32,919 nt of DNA from a virus (Duplodnaviria > Heunggongvirae > Uroviricota > Caudoviricetes). Numbering within the stretch: the stretch's first letter is position 1; the number at the start of each line of letters is the position of its first letter. The position numbers and the translations under genes were made by a program. Of the stretch, positions 9,110 to 17,829 are shown one piece after another. The DNA lies in the IMG/VR virus record IMGVR_UViG_2690316321_000007; one strand, written 5' to 3'. The notes below the pieces were generated by a model that was given only the letters and a program-made list of their open reading frames with translations, did not search any database and was not told the DNA's origin.

Positions 9110-9694
9110 TCATTGATTTTTTTGGCTAAAAGCCACGATGTAAGAACAGCTCTGCTCACTATCTGGATTGCTCATTTGGTACTCGCTTGCAAAGGTAAGG
9201 GCAAGACAGTCACCGGCACGTAAATGATGGGTCTGATTTTTGACTCGAAAATCAAGGCTACCACTCATCACCCAAAGCGTTTGCCCGGAAAGATGCTCAT
9301 TTGCGGAGGCGGGTATCGTCAGCTCACCCATTGCAGGAATTTCAACTTTGATCAGTTCCGGGCATGCCCCCGCAGGAGACAAAGACCAACGGGTGATGCC
9401 TGATTGCTCATCCGTCCAGTGCTGTTGCTGATGAGCAAAACGAACCAGGGAATTCTGATGTTGCTCAAGCTCTGCAAAGAGTTTAGATAGCGTTACATTC
9501 ATGGCGTTGGCCAGGCGGCTAAGGATAGTTGCACTAGGGCTGGAGATGCCTCGTTCAATCTTACTAATCATGGCCTGACTGACGCCCGATCGTTGAGCAA
9601 GCTCAGTTACAGTCAAATTGCGAGCCTTCCTGTGTTTAAGCAATAAACGTGCAATATCGCTATCTACTATCTGATTTTTAGATTTTTTATCCAT
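9110..9694 (-). CDS. XRE-family HTH transcriptional regulator with C-terminal cupin domain (194 aa); accessory cargo
   Basis: N-terminal LTVTELAQRSGVSQAMISKIERG helix-turn-helix; C-terminal half has cupin-like character. The 305-aa six-frame ORF was trimmed to the ATG at 9694 because the extension overlaps G and lacks a ribosome-binding site. Confidence 0.7.
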   Translation of the reverse strand: MDKKSKNQIVDSDIARLLLKHRKARNLTVTELAQRSGVSQAMISKIERGISSPSATILSRLANAMNVTLSKLFAELEQHQNSLVRFAHQQQHWTDEQSGITRWSLSPAGACPELIKVEIPAMGELTIPASANEHLSGQTLWVMSGSLDFRVKNQTHHLRAGDCLALTFASEYQMSNPDSEQSCSYIVAFSQKNQ

Positions 9695-9929
9695 TTCCGC
9701 CCTCTCTTTCACCAACCTGATTATGCCATTACATAAATTGGCCTGAAATAAATGATTTTGTAAGTCTGTAAATTCACTACTCCTAAGCGTGGTACTTCGT
9801 TTATACGCACCTATGACCTTAAAATATGAGTTGGTAAGCTTAACGTCCGCTTTTGGCACAGAGCGGACTGTCAGATTAGGCTTTACTCTGTGCCATAGAT
9901 ATGTAAGCTCACACCAGAGCTCATACAAC

Positions 9930-10457
9930 TTATTGCGGCATTTCCGGCCATTCAGGATTTGCAGGATCCACACGACTGACCAGAACGCTGTAACGCTCCC
10001 ATGCATCCAGTCGGCTACGCTCCTCATCTGTTGCCATATTCAGTCTGACCGCGCGCTCCAGCGGCAAAATCACGGATTCAGCATCTGCTAGAAGTCTGGC
10101 TTTCCGATTTTCTGCCTGCTGCTGCAATTCCTCCGCCGTATAAATTCGTTTAATCACTGTGCCGTCCTTAAACATCCAGTTCCCTGAAATGTCCGCCCGT
10201 CGGTTAGCAGTAATATCTGGCACTTCAACAACACTTAATCCATCTGGTCTGATAGCTGTCACATCCTTTTCCACATAGCGGATAATATTATCTTTGTCGT
10301 ACGCTATTTTTATCGTGTCATCAGCAAAATACTTTTGTTCTTCGTACCAGTTCTTACCATCTTCTGAAAAAAACCAGACAACATCAAAACCCTTTGTCAA
10401 TTGATATTGTTCAACCGTTTTTGGATTACCCGCTGTTATATTTATCAAATGCTGCAT
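9930..10457 (-). CDS. G: Tail fibre assembly chaperone G (175 aa)
   Basis: Length and position match P2 gpG. Confidence 0.85.
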   Translation of the reverse strand: MQHLINITAGNPKTVEQYQLTKGFDVVWFFSEDGKNWYEEQKYFADDTIKIAYDKDNIIRYVEKDVTAIRPDGLSVVEVPDITANRRADISGNWMFKDGTVIKRIYTAEELQQQAENRKARLLADAESVILPLERAVRLNMATDEERSRLDAWERYSVLVSRVDPANPEWPEMPQ

Positions 10458-10460
10458 AAA

Positions 10461-12590
10461 TTATACCTGTGCCACGTTATACCATGTCCCGTTAATGTAT
10501 TTCTGCACCGGTCTGTAATATATGCCACCAATGTTATCGGCAGAGTTTGAGCCGGTATCCTGAACAATAATGCCAGAATATACACACCCGGACGGTGCCT
10601 GATGTGTCCATGTCATGCCATTGTTCGCTGGTTTGTATGTGGCAGCACCACCAAGCCGGATATCCCGGACATAGCGGGAATCAAAGTTACCGTAATCCGA
10701 GGGATTAACACGCCCCGTAATATTTATGGTTTTATTACTTTGAATGCTACCGGAGACAAAGCGCATAACATGGACGTTATTAGCATAAACATCCAGATTA
10801 CCGTCGCCATTTTGTTTAAAGCCCGTGTCATTATCACCCAAAACAATCGAGTTACCGCCAAGATCACTGGATGTTCCGATGCCCAGTGCACCATTCAATT
10901 GACCTCCAGATAATGACAACGCCCCAACATCAGCAGCAGTCGGTTTAATGTGCGAACTGTAAATTACATATACAGTTCCATCTGTCAGGCCTGTTGGTTT
11001 ATTCGCTGTATAAGTTGGTGATGTATGAATCGTTACGCTGGCGTTACTGGTATAATCCCACTGAATATTAACACCTGTGGCGTAATTACCTATTTCAACA
11101 TAAACATCATAGGTATCACCGGATGTATTCACCCATGCAAAATTAGTAAATCCAACCGATGTCCGTCGCCATAACGCACCAGTAAGACCTTTTGGATTTC
11201 CATTTCCCGCACGAAGAACAAGTTCAGATATACCAGCCTGCATAGGGGAGTTAACATTATATCCAGCACCACCAATCAGGCTTATGTAAACCACGGAACT
11301 TGCCTGGGGCATGGTTACAGTTGCCAGCCTGAACCATCCTGTACCACCACTAAAAGACATGGTTGTTGAATTTGTTGCTCCAATATTGCGCAGGAATAAT
11401 CTTTTATCAGGAATATCCGCACCGTTCTGATCTTTCTGAAGACGTTTTTCAGCATTGTCATAGGCAGACTTCACCGCTTTTGGTGTTGCGGCCAGCGTTT
11501 CAGAATCACTGTTGGTGGCGCTACTGAGCTGAACAAGCCCTTTTCGCGCTGTGGTGGCATCCTGTGCAGTGTATTTCCCGTTAGCAAGGTCATACGCGAC
11601 CTTTACCGCCTTTGGCGTTGCCGCAAGCGTTTCAGAATCGCTGTTTGTGGCGCTACTGAGCTGGACAAGACCTTTTCGCGCCGTGGTGGCATCCTGTGCG
11701 GTATATTTCCCGTTAGCGAGGTCATATGCTGTCTTAACCGCCTTTGGCGTTGCGGCCAGCGTTTCAGAATCGCTGTTGGTGGCGCTACTTAGCTGGACAA
11801 GACCTTTTCGCGCGGTGGTGGCATCCTGTGCGGTATATTTCCCGTTAGCGAGGTCATATGCTGCCTTTACCGCCTTTGGCGTTGCCGCAAGCGTTTCAGA
11901 ATCGCTGTTGGTGGCGCTACTGAGCTGAACAAGGCCTTTTCGCGCTGTGGTGGCATCCTGCGCGGTATATTTCCCGTTAGCAAGATCATAAGCGGCCTTT
12001 ACCGCTTTCGGCGTTGCGGCCAGTGTTTCAGACGTGCTGTTGGTCGCACTGCTTAACTGAGTAAAACCTTTTGCGGTCAGCGAGGCGTCCGGGTGACGTC
12101 GTGACTGTTCGTGCTCTGCAATTTTGTCATCAACGTAATCCTGCGTCGCCATCACCGTTGTGGTGTCAATGGTCAGCGCCACTGAGGCCACACTGCTGAC
12201 GATGATGACCATGCGGCAGGTCTGCGAACGCCCTGAGCCTTCGGCAAGAGCTGGCTTATAACTTTCGGCCATGTTCGCCACGGCAATTAACGTTCCAGCA
12301 TCATCGTACAGGCCAAGCTCACGCATCCAGAAACCGCCCACCTCCGGCGGAATAACCAGCTCTGCGATAATATAATTACTGTTTCGTTTGTCCTGGCTGA
12401 TTTTGTTCAGCGCATGTCGCCAGACTTCATGGATAAGCCCGGTCTGTCCGGCATCCGGGACAGGCAATTTACCACCGCCATCCCCGACGGCCATCGTGGT
12501 AATGTTGACCTTCCGCCCTCCCGGTGCGGTTGCCGCTGCCAGCTTTGCTGCACCGGCAGTGGTGATAACGGTTTTGAATTTTGTGCTCAT
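10461..12590 (-). CDS. H: Tail fibre protein H (709 aa) with expanded internal repeat and divergent C-terminal region
   Basis: Conserved N-terminus and the C-terminal IVLGDNDTGFKQNGDG...QKYINGTWYNVAQV block; five copies of a 44-aa repeat in the middle. Confidence 0.85.
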   Translation of the reverse strand: MSTKFKTVITTAGAAKLAAATAPGGRKVNITTMAVGDGGGKLPVPDAGQTGLIHEVWRHALNKISQDKRNSNYIIAELVIPPEVGGFWMRELGLYDDAGTLIAVANMAESYKPALAEGSGRSQTCRMVIIVSSVASVALTIDTTTVMATQDYVDDKIAEHEQSRRHPDASLTAKGFTQLSSATNSTSETLAATPKAVKAAYDLANGKYTAQDATTARKGLVQLSSATNSDSETLAATPKAVKAAYDLANGKYTAQDATTARKGLVQLSSATNSDSETLAATPKAVKTAYDLANGKYTAQDATTARKGLVQLSSATNSDSETLAATPKAVKVAYDLANGKYTAQDATTARKGLVQLSSATNSDSETLAATPKAVKSAYDNAEKRLQKDQNGADIPDKRLFLRNIGATNSTTMSFSGGTGWFRLATVTMPQASSVVYISLIGGAGYNVNSPMQAGISELVLRAGNGNPKGLTGALWRRTSVGFTNFAWVNTSGDTYDVYVEIGNYATGVNIQWDYTSNASVTIHTSPTYTANKPTGLTDGTVYVIYSSHIKPTAADVGALSLSGGQLNGALGIGTSSDLGGNSIVLGDNDTGFKQNGDGNLDVYANNVHVMRFVSGSIQSNKTINITGRVNPSDYGNFDSRYVRDIRLGGAATYKPANNGMTWTHQAPSGCVYSGIIVQDTGSNSADNIGGIYYRPVQKYINGTWYNVAQV
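11459..12059. repeat. Tandem 132-bp (44-codon) repeat, about 4.5 copies, inside tail fibre gene H
   Basis: Unit encodes QLSSATNS(D/T)SETLAATPKAVKxAYDLANGKYTAQDATTARKGLV; the nucleotide period of 132 is visible directly in the sequence. Confidence 0.85.
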
Positions 12591-12600
12591 TATTCCTCAC

Positions 12601-13131
12601 TTATCCGGGGTAAACCGTAATTACATCGCCGTCATAAGCCACACCACCGGCGAACAGGTAGCCGGGAATGTCCCGGGTAATGTTCAGGCCAATAAGGTGG
12701 CGGCTTGCAGGTTTGGCATCAGCAATCAGCCGTTCCATTTCCTGATACATTGCCTCCGTGATGCCACTTTCCAGTACACCAATATCAAGCCGGAAGGTGC
12801 CGGGCGGGTCACTGTTTTCCCACCACTCCGTCACGTTGATGAGATAGCCGAGCGGCTCCACCACACGCCGGATTGCGCCGACAGTGCCTTTATGACAATG
12901 AATGAAATACGCATCGCGGATAACGGCGCGTTTTGTCGCTTCCGGCCACTTTTCATCCCACCTGTCGACCGAAAACGCCCACGCCAGCCACGGCAGCAGA
13001 TTTGCCGGACAGGTATCCGGGTTCCACAGCTCACGAATACTGACCGGCGTTTTTTCAATTTCCGCACAGGCTTTTGCGGCAGCAACTTCAAGCGGTGATG
13101 AGCCGGTCGGCAGCAGTCGCGAATCACTCAT
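12601..13131 (-). CDS. I: Baseplate assembly protein I (176 aa)
   Basis: Length and position match P2 gpI. Confidence 0.85.
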   Translation of the reverse strand: MSDSRLLPTGSSPLEVAAAKACAEIEKTPVSIRELWNPDTCPANLLPWLAWAFSVDRWDEKWPEATKRAVIRDAYFIHCHKGTVGAIRRVVEPLGYLINVTEWWENSDPPGTFRLDIGVLESGITEAMYQEMERLIADAKPASRHLIGLNITRDIPGYLFAGGVAYDGDVITVYPG

Positions 13132-14032
13132 CCGAGCCTCCGGTCACGACGCGGTATTCGGTACAGAAAGACGCCTGCGTACTGTTGAGCACGATGTCAG
13201 CCAGTGGTGCAGTCAGTTCGACACGCTGCACGCCTTCCACATGCAAAGCGGCATAAATGGCAGACAGACGGATGTCGCGCCCCAGCCGGTGCTGTGCCGT
13301 GATATACGCTTCCAGTTTTTTCACGGCGGCAGCGCGGATGGGTTCGCTTTCGGGACCAGGGTAAAGATACAGCGTGGCGTTTATCTGGTATTCAACGATG
13401 GCGGCAGACTGCACGGTCACGCGGTCGGCCACCGGCCTGACGTCCTCGCCATTAAGGGCGTTACGCACCACGGCCAGCAGGTCTTCGGATGCGACGCCGT
13501 TATTTTCACGTGACAGCACAGAGATAGTGACGCAGGCCGGAGACGGACTGGTGACAGAGATATCCGCGACACGCCCGTCGGCACTGCGGCCATGATACTG
13601 ATAGGCACCCACCGACCCGGCGACGCTTAAACCTTCAAACGCCTGCTGAATACGCAGACGATAATCGGTGTCAGACTCCATCACTGCCGGTGTCGGCGGG
13701 AGGGTCGAATCATCTGCCGGGGTGATAGTCAGGCGCGTGGTGTTGTAATTGGCACCCATCACATCAAGGTCATTACCGGCAGCACAGGCCAGCATCACCG
13801 CCCGTGCGGCCTCATTCACACGCTGACGCCAGATAAGCTCACGATAAGCATTTTCCTCCAGCAGTTTGACGAGAGGCTCGGATTCCAGCATCAGGGTACG
13901 GGCGACCGCCTCCTGCTGGTCTTCCGGGTAAAGGGAAATCAGTGTCGCCTTGCGTTCGGCAAGAATGGTTTCAAAGTCCAGCTCCTCGACCACATCCGGT
14001 GCGGGTAGCTGGTTCAGGTCGATAATCGGCAT
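13124..14032 (-). CDS. J: Baseplate assembly protein J (302 aa)
   Basis: Length and position match P2 gpJ. Confidence 0.85.
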   Translation of the reverse strand: MPIIDLNQLPAPDVVEELDFETILAERKATLISLYPEDQQEAVARTLMLESEPLVKLLEENAYRELIWRQRVNEAARAVMLACAAGNDLDVMGANYNTTRLTITPADDSTLPPTPAVMESDTDYRLRIQQAFEGLSVAGSVGAYQYHGRSADGRVADISVTSPSPACVTISVLSRENNGVASEDLLAVVRNALNGEDVRPVADRVTVQSAAIVEYQINATLYLYPGPESEPIRAAAVKKLEAYITAQHRLGRDIRLSAIYAALHVEGVQRVELTAPLADIVLNSTQASFCTEYRVVTGGSDE

Positions 14033-14036
14033 GGTT

Positions 14037-14384
14037 TCAACTCACAGGGATGGTTAACGAAAGTGGCTGGCCGGTGTCGTTGTGCTGACCGGTTAACGTG
14101 ACCGTCATTCGCCCGTCAAAACTGCGCGCCGTGGTGACGGATGACAGGGTGACGCGGGGTTCCCATTTCAGCACCGCCATGTAACAGGCGACCTTAATCT
14201 GCAACTCAAGCGCCGGGGTCTGCGGCTGGTCAATCATTGATGCCAGCAACGAGCCGTAATCACGACGCATCACCCGTGAGCCAACCGGCGTGCGCAGGAT
14301 ATCGCCGATACTCTGGCTGATATGTTCAAGGTCAGTGACAGTCAGGCCATCACTGCGATTCATTCCGAGATAACGCGCTGTCAT
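14037..14384 (-). CDS. W: Baseplate wedge protein W (115 aa)
   Basis: Length and position match P2 gpW. Confidence 0.85.
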   Translation of the reverse strand: MTARYLGMNRSDGLTVTDLEHISQSIGDILRTPVGSRVMRRDYGSLLASMIDQPQTPALELQIKVACYMAVLKWEPRVTLSSVTTARSFDGRMTVTLTGQHNDTGQPLSLTIPVS

Positions 14385-15016
14385 AGAGGGCTCCCGGTTG
14401 TGCCGCCGCTGTCGCCGGGGTGTTTATGGGTATGCAGTACCTTACCGTTTGATGAGAGTTCACCGCCGGTGTGTTCAATGTTGCCGCGCATCGTCCCGCC
14501 CTTCTGCACTTCCAGCGTGCCGGTAATCAGCCTGTTGGTGCAGACCACCTCCGGGGTGTCCAGGGTGACGCGGGTTGATGCTTTCACCATGACCACCGGC
14601 ACCGTGGCGGTAACAGAATCAGAAGCCGTCACGCTGGCCGTTTTAATTCCGCTTACCGTGAGTGCACTGGTTTCAGGTTCATACTCAATCACCGCCCCGT
14701 CAGGGAAACGGATATGCAGAGCATCCGCCGACACAGACGGCGAGGGGTTATCGCCGGAATAAATCCCCGGCAGAACGAACGCCGTGTCGAGTTCACCACC
14801 CACGGCCAGAATCAGCACCTGTTCCCCCACGGAAGGTGCCCACCATGTGCGCGAACGTCCTGCGCGATGGGTCAGCCACTGAAGCCAGTCGGTGCACATG
14901 CCGCCGGTCTGCACGCGGCAGCGACCGGCGTTAAGGTCGGTTTCGACGATAATGCCGGTGCGAATCATGTTGCGCAGTGCGCGCGCGAGTTCCTGAATAT
15001 TTGCGAGAGTGTTCAT
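14381..15016 (-). CDS. V: Baseplate spike/hub protein V (211 aa from conserved MNTLANIQ start)
   Basis: The ORF extends to 15034, but the conserved P2 gpV N-terminus begins at the ATG at 15016. Confidence 0.8.
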   Translation of the reverse strand: MNTLANIQELARALRNMIRTGIIVETDLNAGRCRVQTGGMCTDWLQWLTHRAGRSRTWWAPSVGEQVLILAVGGELDTAFVLPGIYSGDNPSPSVSADALHIRFPDGAVIEYEPETSALTVSGIKTASVTASDSVTATVPVVMVKASTRVTLDTPEVVCTNRLITGTLEVQKGGTMRGNIEHTGGELSSNGKVLHTHKHPGDSGGTTGSPL

Positions 15017-15099
15017 GCATGTGAGATTGCACAATATATAAAAGTTATGCTATCTGGATTCATTTGTAGAACTACCAGACAACATTCAAGGAGAGCGTA

Positions 15100-15885
15100 A
15101 TGGTCAGCTATAATGTGACTAATGTGTGGGGGCTAATCGTTTTTTTCCTTTGTAGCTTTGCAGTATTAGCATTTTTTAGCTTTGGTAAAAGTAACCTTAT
15201 GAGGCTTATTGCACATTATTTCAATTTTGGATATTCAGACAAAAAATTAAAAAGACTTGACCGCGAGTGGCGCGACATTCAACTATTTAAAATAATTAAC
15301 GGAATCAATGTATCAGGCATTGAAAATGTGAGAATGATACAGCAGGGACTGATTGATGGAAAACTAAAAACATCGTATTTTTTCCTTACTCGCATCTGGG
15401 GTGACATAACAAAACCACCACACATAATTAAAACAATAATTGTAATTCTGGCCAGTATTTTTTACATTCTCCTCGCATGTTACATACACAACGAACAATC
15501 CGTTATAGTAAGGGATGCCATAGGCATACCATATAAAAACATGATGTACTATGTTTATAGTGACAAAGTTCTTTTATCCTTCAAAAATAAAGCAGTTGAA
15601 TTTAATAAAACTTATAGCCTTGCCGATTGCAAGAGACTGCAAAACGTATTTATAAAAGACACACTTCCTGAGATCGCCTGCAATAAGCTCTTACAGCTAA
15701 ACGAGGAGGACTCCGAATGGTTAAGCCAGGAGATTAAAGATAATAACAGTCACAAAAAAGCATTGTTAATACTATCCCTCGTCTATTTCACTTCAGGTCT
15801 GGTTATATTCCTGTCATATACAAAATTCTTTTACGCCAATAAGAAGGTTTTAGAATACAAAGCATCAAATAAAAATCACTCATAA
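15100..15885 (+). CDS. Hypothetical membrane protein (261 aa, three predicted TM helices); AT-rich moron between V and S
   Basis: Strong SD AAGGAG 8 nt upstream; opposite strand to the flanking late genes; markedly AT-rich; hydrophobic segments near residues 9-28, 110-130 and 222-242; no domain I recognise. Same position as P2 orf30. Confidence 0.7.
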   Translation: MVSYNVTNVWGLIVFFLCSFAVLAFFSFGKSNLMRLIAHYFNFGYSDKKLKRLDREWRDIQLFKIINGINVSGIENVRMIQQGLIDGKLKTSYFFLTRIWGDITKPPHIIKTIIVILASIFYILLACYIHNEQSVIVRDAIGIPYKNMMYYVYSDKVLLSFKNKAVEFNKTYSLADCKRLQNVFIKDTLPEIACNKLLQLNEEDSEWLSQEIKDNNSHKKALLILSLVYFTSGLVIFLSYTKFFYANKKVLEYKASNKNHS

Positions 15886-15891
15886 ACCTCT

Positions 15892-15926
15892 AAACATTGA
15901 GCGACCAGCATGGCCGCTCAATGTTT
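15892..15926. terminator. 12-bp-stem hairpin between the convergent moron and S (weak U-tract)
   Basis: AAACATTGAGCG ... CGCTCAATGTTT perfect inverted repeat with 11-nt loop. Confidence 0.4.
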
Positions 15927-15956
15927 AATTGCGCATCAGCCTCTGCCTGGATAAAA

Positions 15957-16409
15957 CTAACGCTCAAGGTGAGCCAGGATAATTTCTTCAATCATCTGCA
16001 CATCCTCACCGGTAAAGCCGAGCAGGGGACGCGCCGGATAATCAATTTTCTTACCGTCTTTCCGGTTTTCTTCCGACAGACCAAACTGATGCACACTGGC
16101 GATTTTCGGTGACTTCCCGCCGTAAAATTCCATTGATGCCTGTTCCGGGCTGGCGCGGATATGCAAAAAGCGACTGGTGATAAGTTTCGCAAACATTTTT
16201 CGCTTAACGCGACCGGTCTTTTTTCTGGCGCTCTGCTGCTGGCGTGGCGCGTAGGGTGTGCCGTCCGGGGCTTTCTGTGCCATCACCCGACGCTGCTGAT
16301 TCTGACGCAGACGTTTCGCCAGTTCGGCACTCAGTCGTCGACGCCCTGACGGTGACAGCGATTCAGTCAGTCCGGTCAGCCGGTCTTCAAAACGCTTAAA
16401 CTCATTCAT
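15957..16409 (-). CDS. S: Tail completion protein S (150 aa)
   Basis: Length and position match P2 gpS. Confidence 0.85.
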   Translation of the reverse strand: MNEFKRFEDRLTGLTESLSPSGRRRLSAELAKRLRQNQQRRVMAQKAPDGTPYAPRQQQSARKKTGRVKRKMFAKLITSRFLHIRASPEQASMEFYGGKSPKIASVHQFGLSEENRKDGKKIDYPARPLLGFTGEDVQMIEEIILAHLER

Positions 16410-16869
16410 CCCACTTGCTCACCAGTTCGCCATTGATATAAAGCTCCATCGGGCGGGTGACCGGCTCCGGCGGCGGAGGTTCCGGGATATTCTTCACATG
16501 CAGCGCGCCGTCCACCTCACTGACCAGCGTGCGCTCGGTCAGCATCAGGCTGATACTGATATCAAAGCTGCTGTCATTGTTGATGTCTGCATAAAACGTG
16601 AAGCCCTTTTTCTGGCCTTCGTCGGTGGTCATGATGTCGGGCTGATTTTCCCGCAGCCACGCCAGCACCGGCACGATGAGCAGGTCAAAATCACCGGTAA
16701 AGTCGGTCACAATGACATTGAGCGTGTAACGCTTTTCGAATGACAGCGACGTCGCCAGTGTGGAGGCAATATTCCCGTTATCCACGAATATCCGAAGCAT
16801 CTCGGGACTGGTTTTCAGCACCGTGACGGCATCAGTCAGCGCCCTGCGCAGGCTGTCGGGTTTGAGCAT
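16402..16869 (-). CDS. R: Tail completion protein R (155 aa)
   Basis: Length and position match P2 gpR. Confidence 0.85.
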   Translation of the reverse strand: MLKPDSLRRALTDAVTVLKTSPEMLRIFVDNGNIASTLATSLSFEKRYTLNVIVTDFTGDFDLLIVPVLAWLRENQPDIMTTDEGQKKGFTFYADINNDSSFDISISLMLTERTLVSEVDGALHVKNIPEPPPPEPVTRPMELYINGELVSKWDE

Positions 16870-17122
16870 CGTTTTCGTCCTGACAGTGTTTAATCATTTT
16901 TACCTGGCTGGCACAGCGTGCCAGCGCGTTCTCAAGCTGCCGGATATCAGCACTTAAATCGCCGTTCGTCTGCGGGTCACTGCCCGGCATCGGGCAAAGG
17001 CTCACTTTCGGGCAGGCGCTGGGGACAATCACTGGCGTCGGTGCAGGCCGGGCGCTGGTGCAACCGGCGCACAGCATCAGGCAGGTCAGCACCGTACCAG
17101 CGGCGAAAATCTTCGTTTTCAT
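16832..17122 (-). CDS. lysC: LysC, Rz1-like outer-membrane lipoprotein spanin (96 aa)
   Basis: MKTKIFAAGTVLTCLMLCAGC signal peptide with lipobox; overlaps the lysB 3' end in another frame and the R start. Confidence 0.75.
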   Translation of the reverse strand: MKTKIFAAGTVLTCLMLCAGCTSARPAPTPVIVPSACPKVSLCPMPGSDPQTNGDLSADIRQLENALARCASQVKMIKHCQDENDAQTRQPAQGAD

Positions 17123-17402
17123 TGAGTAACCTCGTGATGGTTTTCTCGCGCTGTGCTTCACGCTTCGCGGCGTTCTCCAGTTCCTGACGCAGTGCCACCT
17201 GCGCCAGCTCGTTTTTGTCTGCCCTGGTGAGGGCAACATGAAGCTGATTTTTCAGCATGGTGATGGTCGTCTGCTGCCCGCTGGCGACATTGTTTGCCCT
17301 GTCCAGCGAGGCGCGCAGGCTGGCGTTTTCATGCTTCGCCAGAAACAGACAAGCCACCGCCAGTGATAACAACACAACCAGCACAATCATCAGCTTTGAC
17401 AT
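16977..17402 (-). CDS. lysB: LysB, Rz-like inner-membrane spanin (141 aa)
   Basis: N-terminal TM segment then coiled-coil-like region; length matches P2 LysB. Confidence 0.8.
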   Translation of the reverse strand: MSKLMIVLVVLLSLAVACLFLAKHENASLRASLDRANNVASGQQTTITMLKNQLHVALTRADKNELAQVALRQELENAAKREAQREKTITRLLNENEDFRRWYGADLPDAVRRLHQRPACTDASDCPQRLPESEPLPDAGQ

Positions 17403-17815
17403 AATTCCCGCCCCTCAAAACGCTGACGGCAGGCCGTACGTATCAGCCGGAAGAACACCGACGCCACGAGATAAATCAGCGCGGTAAAAATCCACCCGGC
17501 AGCGACCAGCGAGATAAACGTCGCCACCATCACCACCAGAGCCGCCGCCCGTCTGCGCCACGGCACCGGCTGCAAAAACAGCGACGCGACAATCTTCACG
17601 GCCAGCGATTCCGGCGGCAGCTCCCGCCCGTAGCGTTCCAGCACATACTCCGTGGCATACACGCCGACACCACCGGCAACCACACAGATAACCGTCGCCA
17701 GAATCGCCCAGGTGGCGACAAAACTGACGGCCACGCTCTGCGGATAAATCAGGGACAGTGCCAGCATCAGCGCCAGCGACACGTTCAGCATCAGTGAAAG
17801 GGATAATTTCTTCAT
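17390..17815 (-). CDS. lysA: LysA, membrane protein of the lysis cassette (141 aa)
   Basis: Multi-TM hydrophobic protein; length and position match P2 LysA. Confidence 0.8.
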   Translation of the reverse strand: MKKLSLSLMLNVSLALMLALSLIYPQSVAVSFVATWAILATVICVVAGGVGVYATEYVLERYGRELPPESLAVKIVASLFLQPVPWRRRAAALVVMVATFISLVAAGWIFTALIYLVASVFFRLIRTACRQRFEGRELCQS

Positions 17816-17829
17816 GGTGTTTACTCCGT

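Noticed and set aside
8646-9694. Interpretation of the GNAT/regulator pair as a GNAT-toxin type II toxin-antitoxin module
   Set aside because: Known GNAT toxin systems have a small RHH/DUF1778 antitoxin upstream on the same strand; here the partner is a 194-aa XRE-cupin regulator on the opposite strand and convergent, so the canonical architecture is absent.
9695-10027. N-terminal extension of the regulator ORF to 305 aa
   Set aside because: The extension overlaps the 3' end of G in another frame and has no ribosome-binding site; the ATG at 9694 has a plausible SD and gives a normal HTH regulator.
11551-11928. Plus-strand 125-aa ORF inside H
   Set aside because: It is the antisense reading of the 132-bp tandem repeats, which keeps a frame open artificially.
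12388-13513. Plus-strand ORFs of 236 and 203 aa overlapping H, I and J
   Set aside because: Antisense to conserved baseplate and fibre genes; no start context; composition typical of antisense frames.
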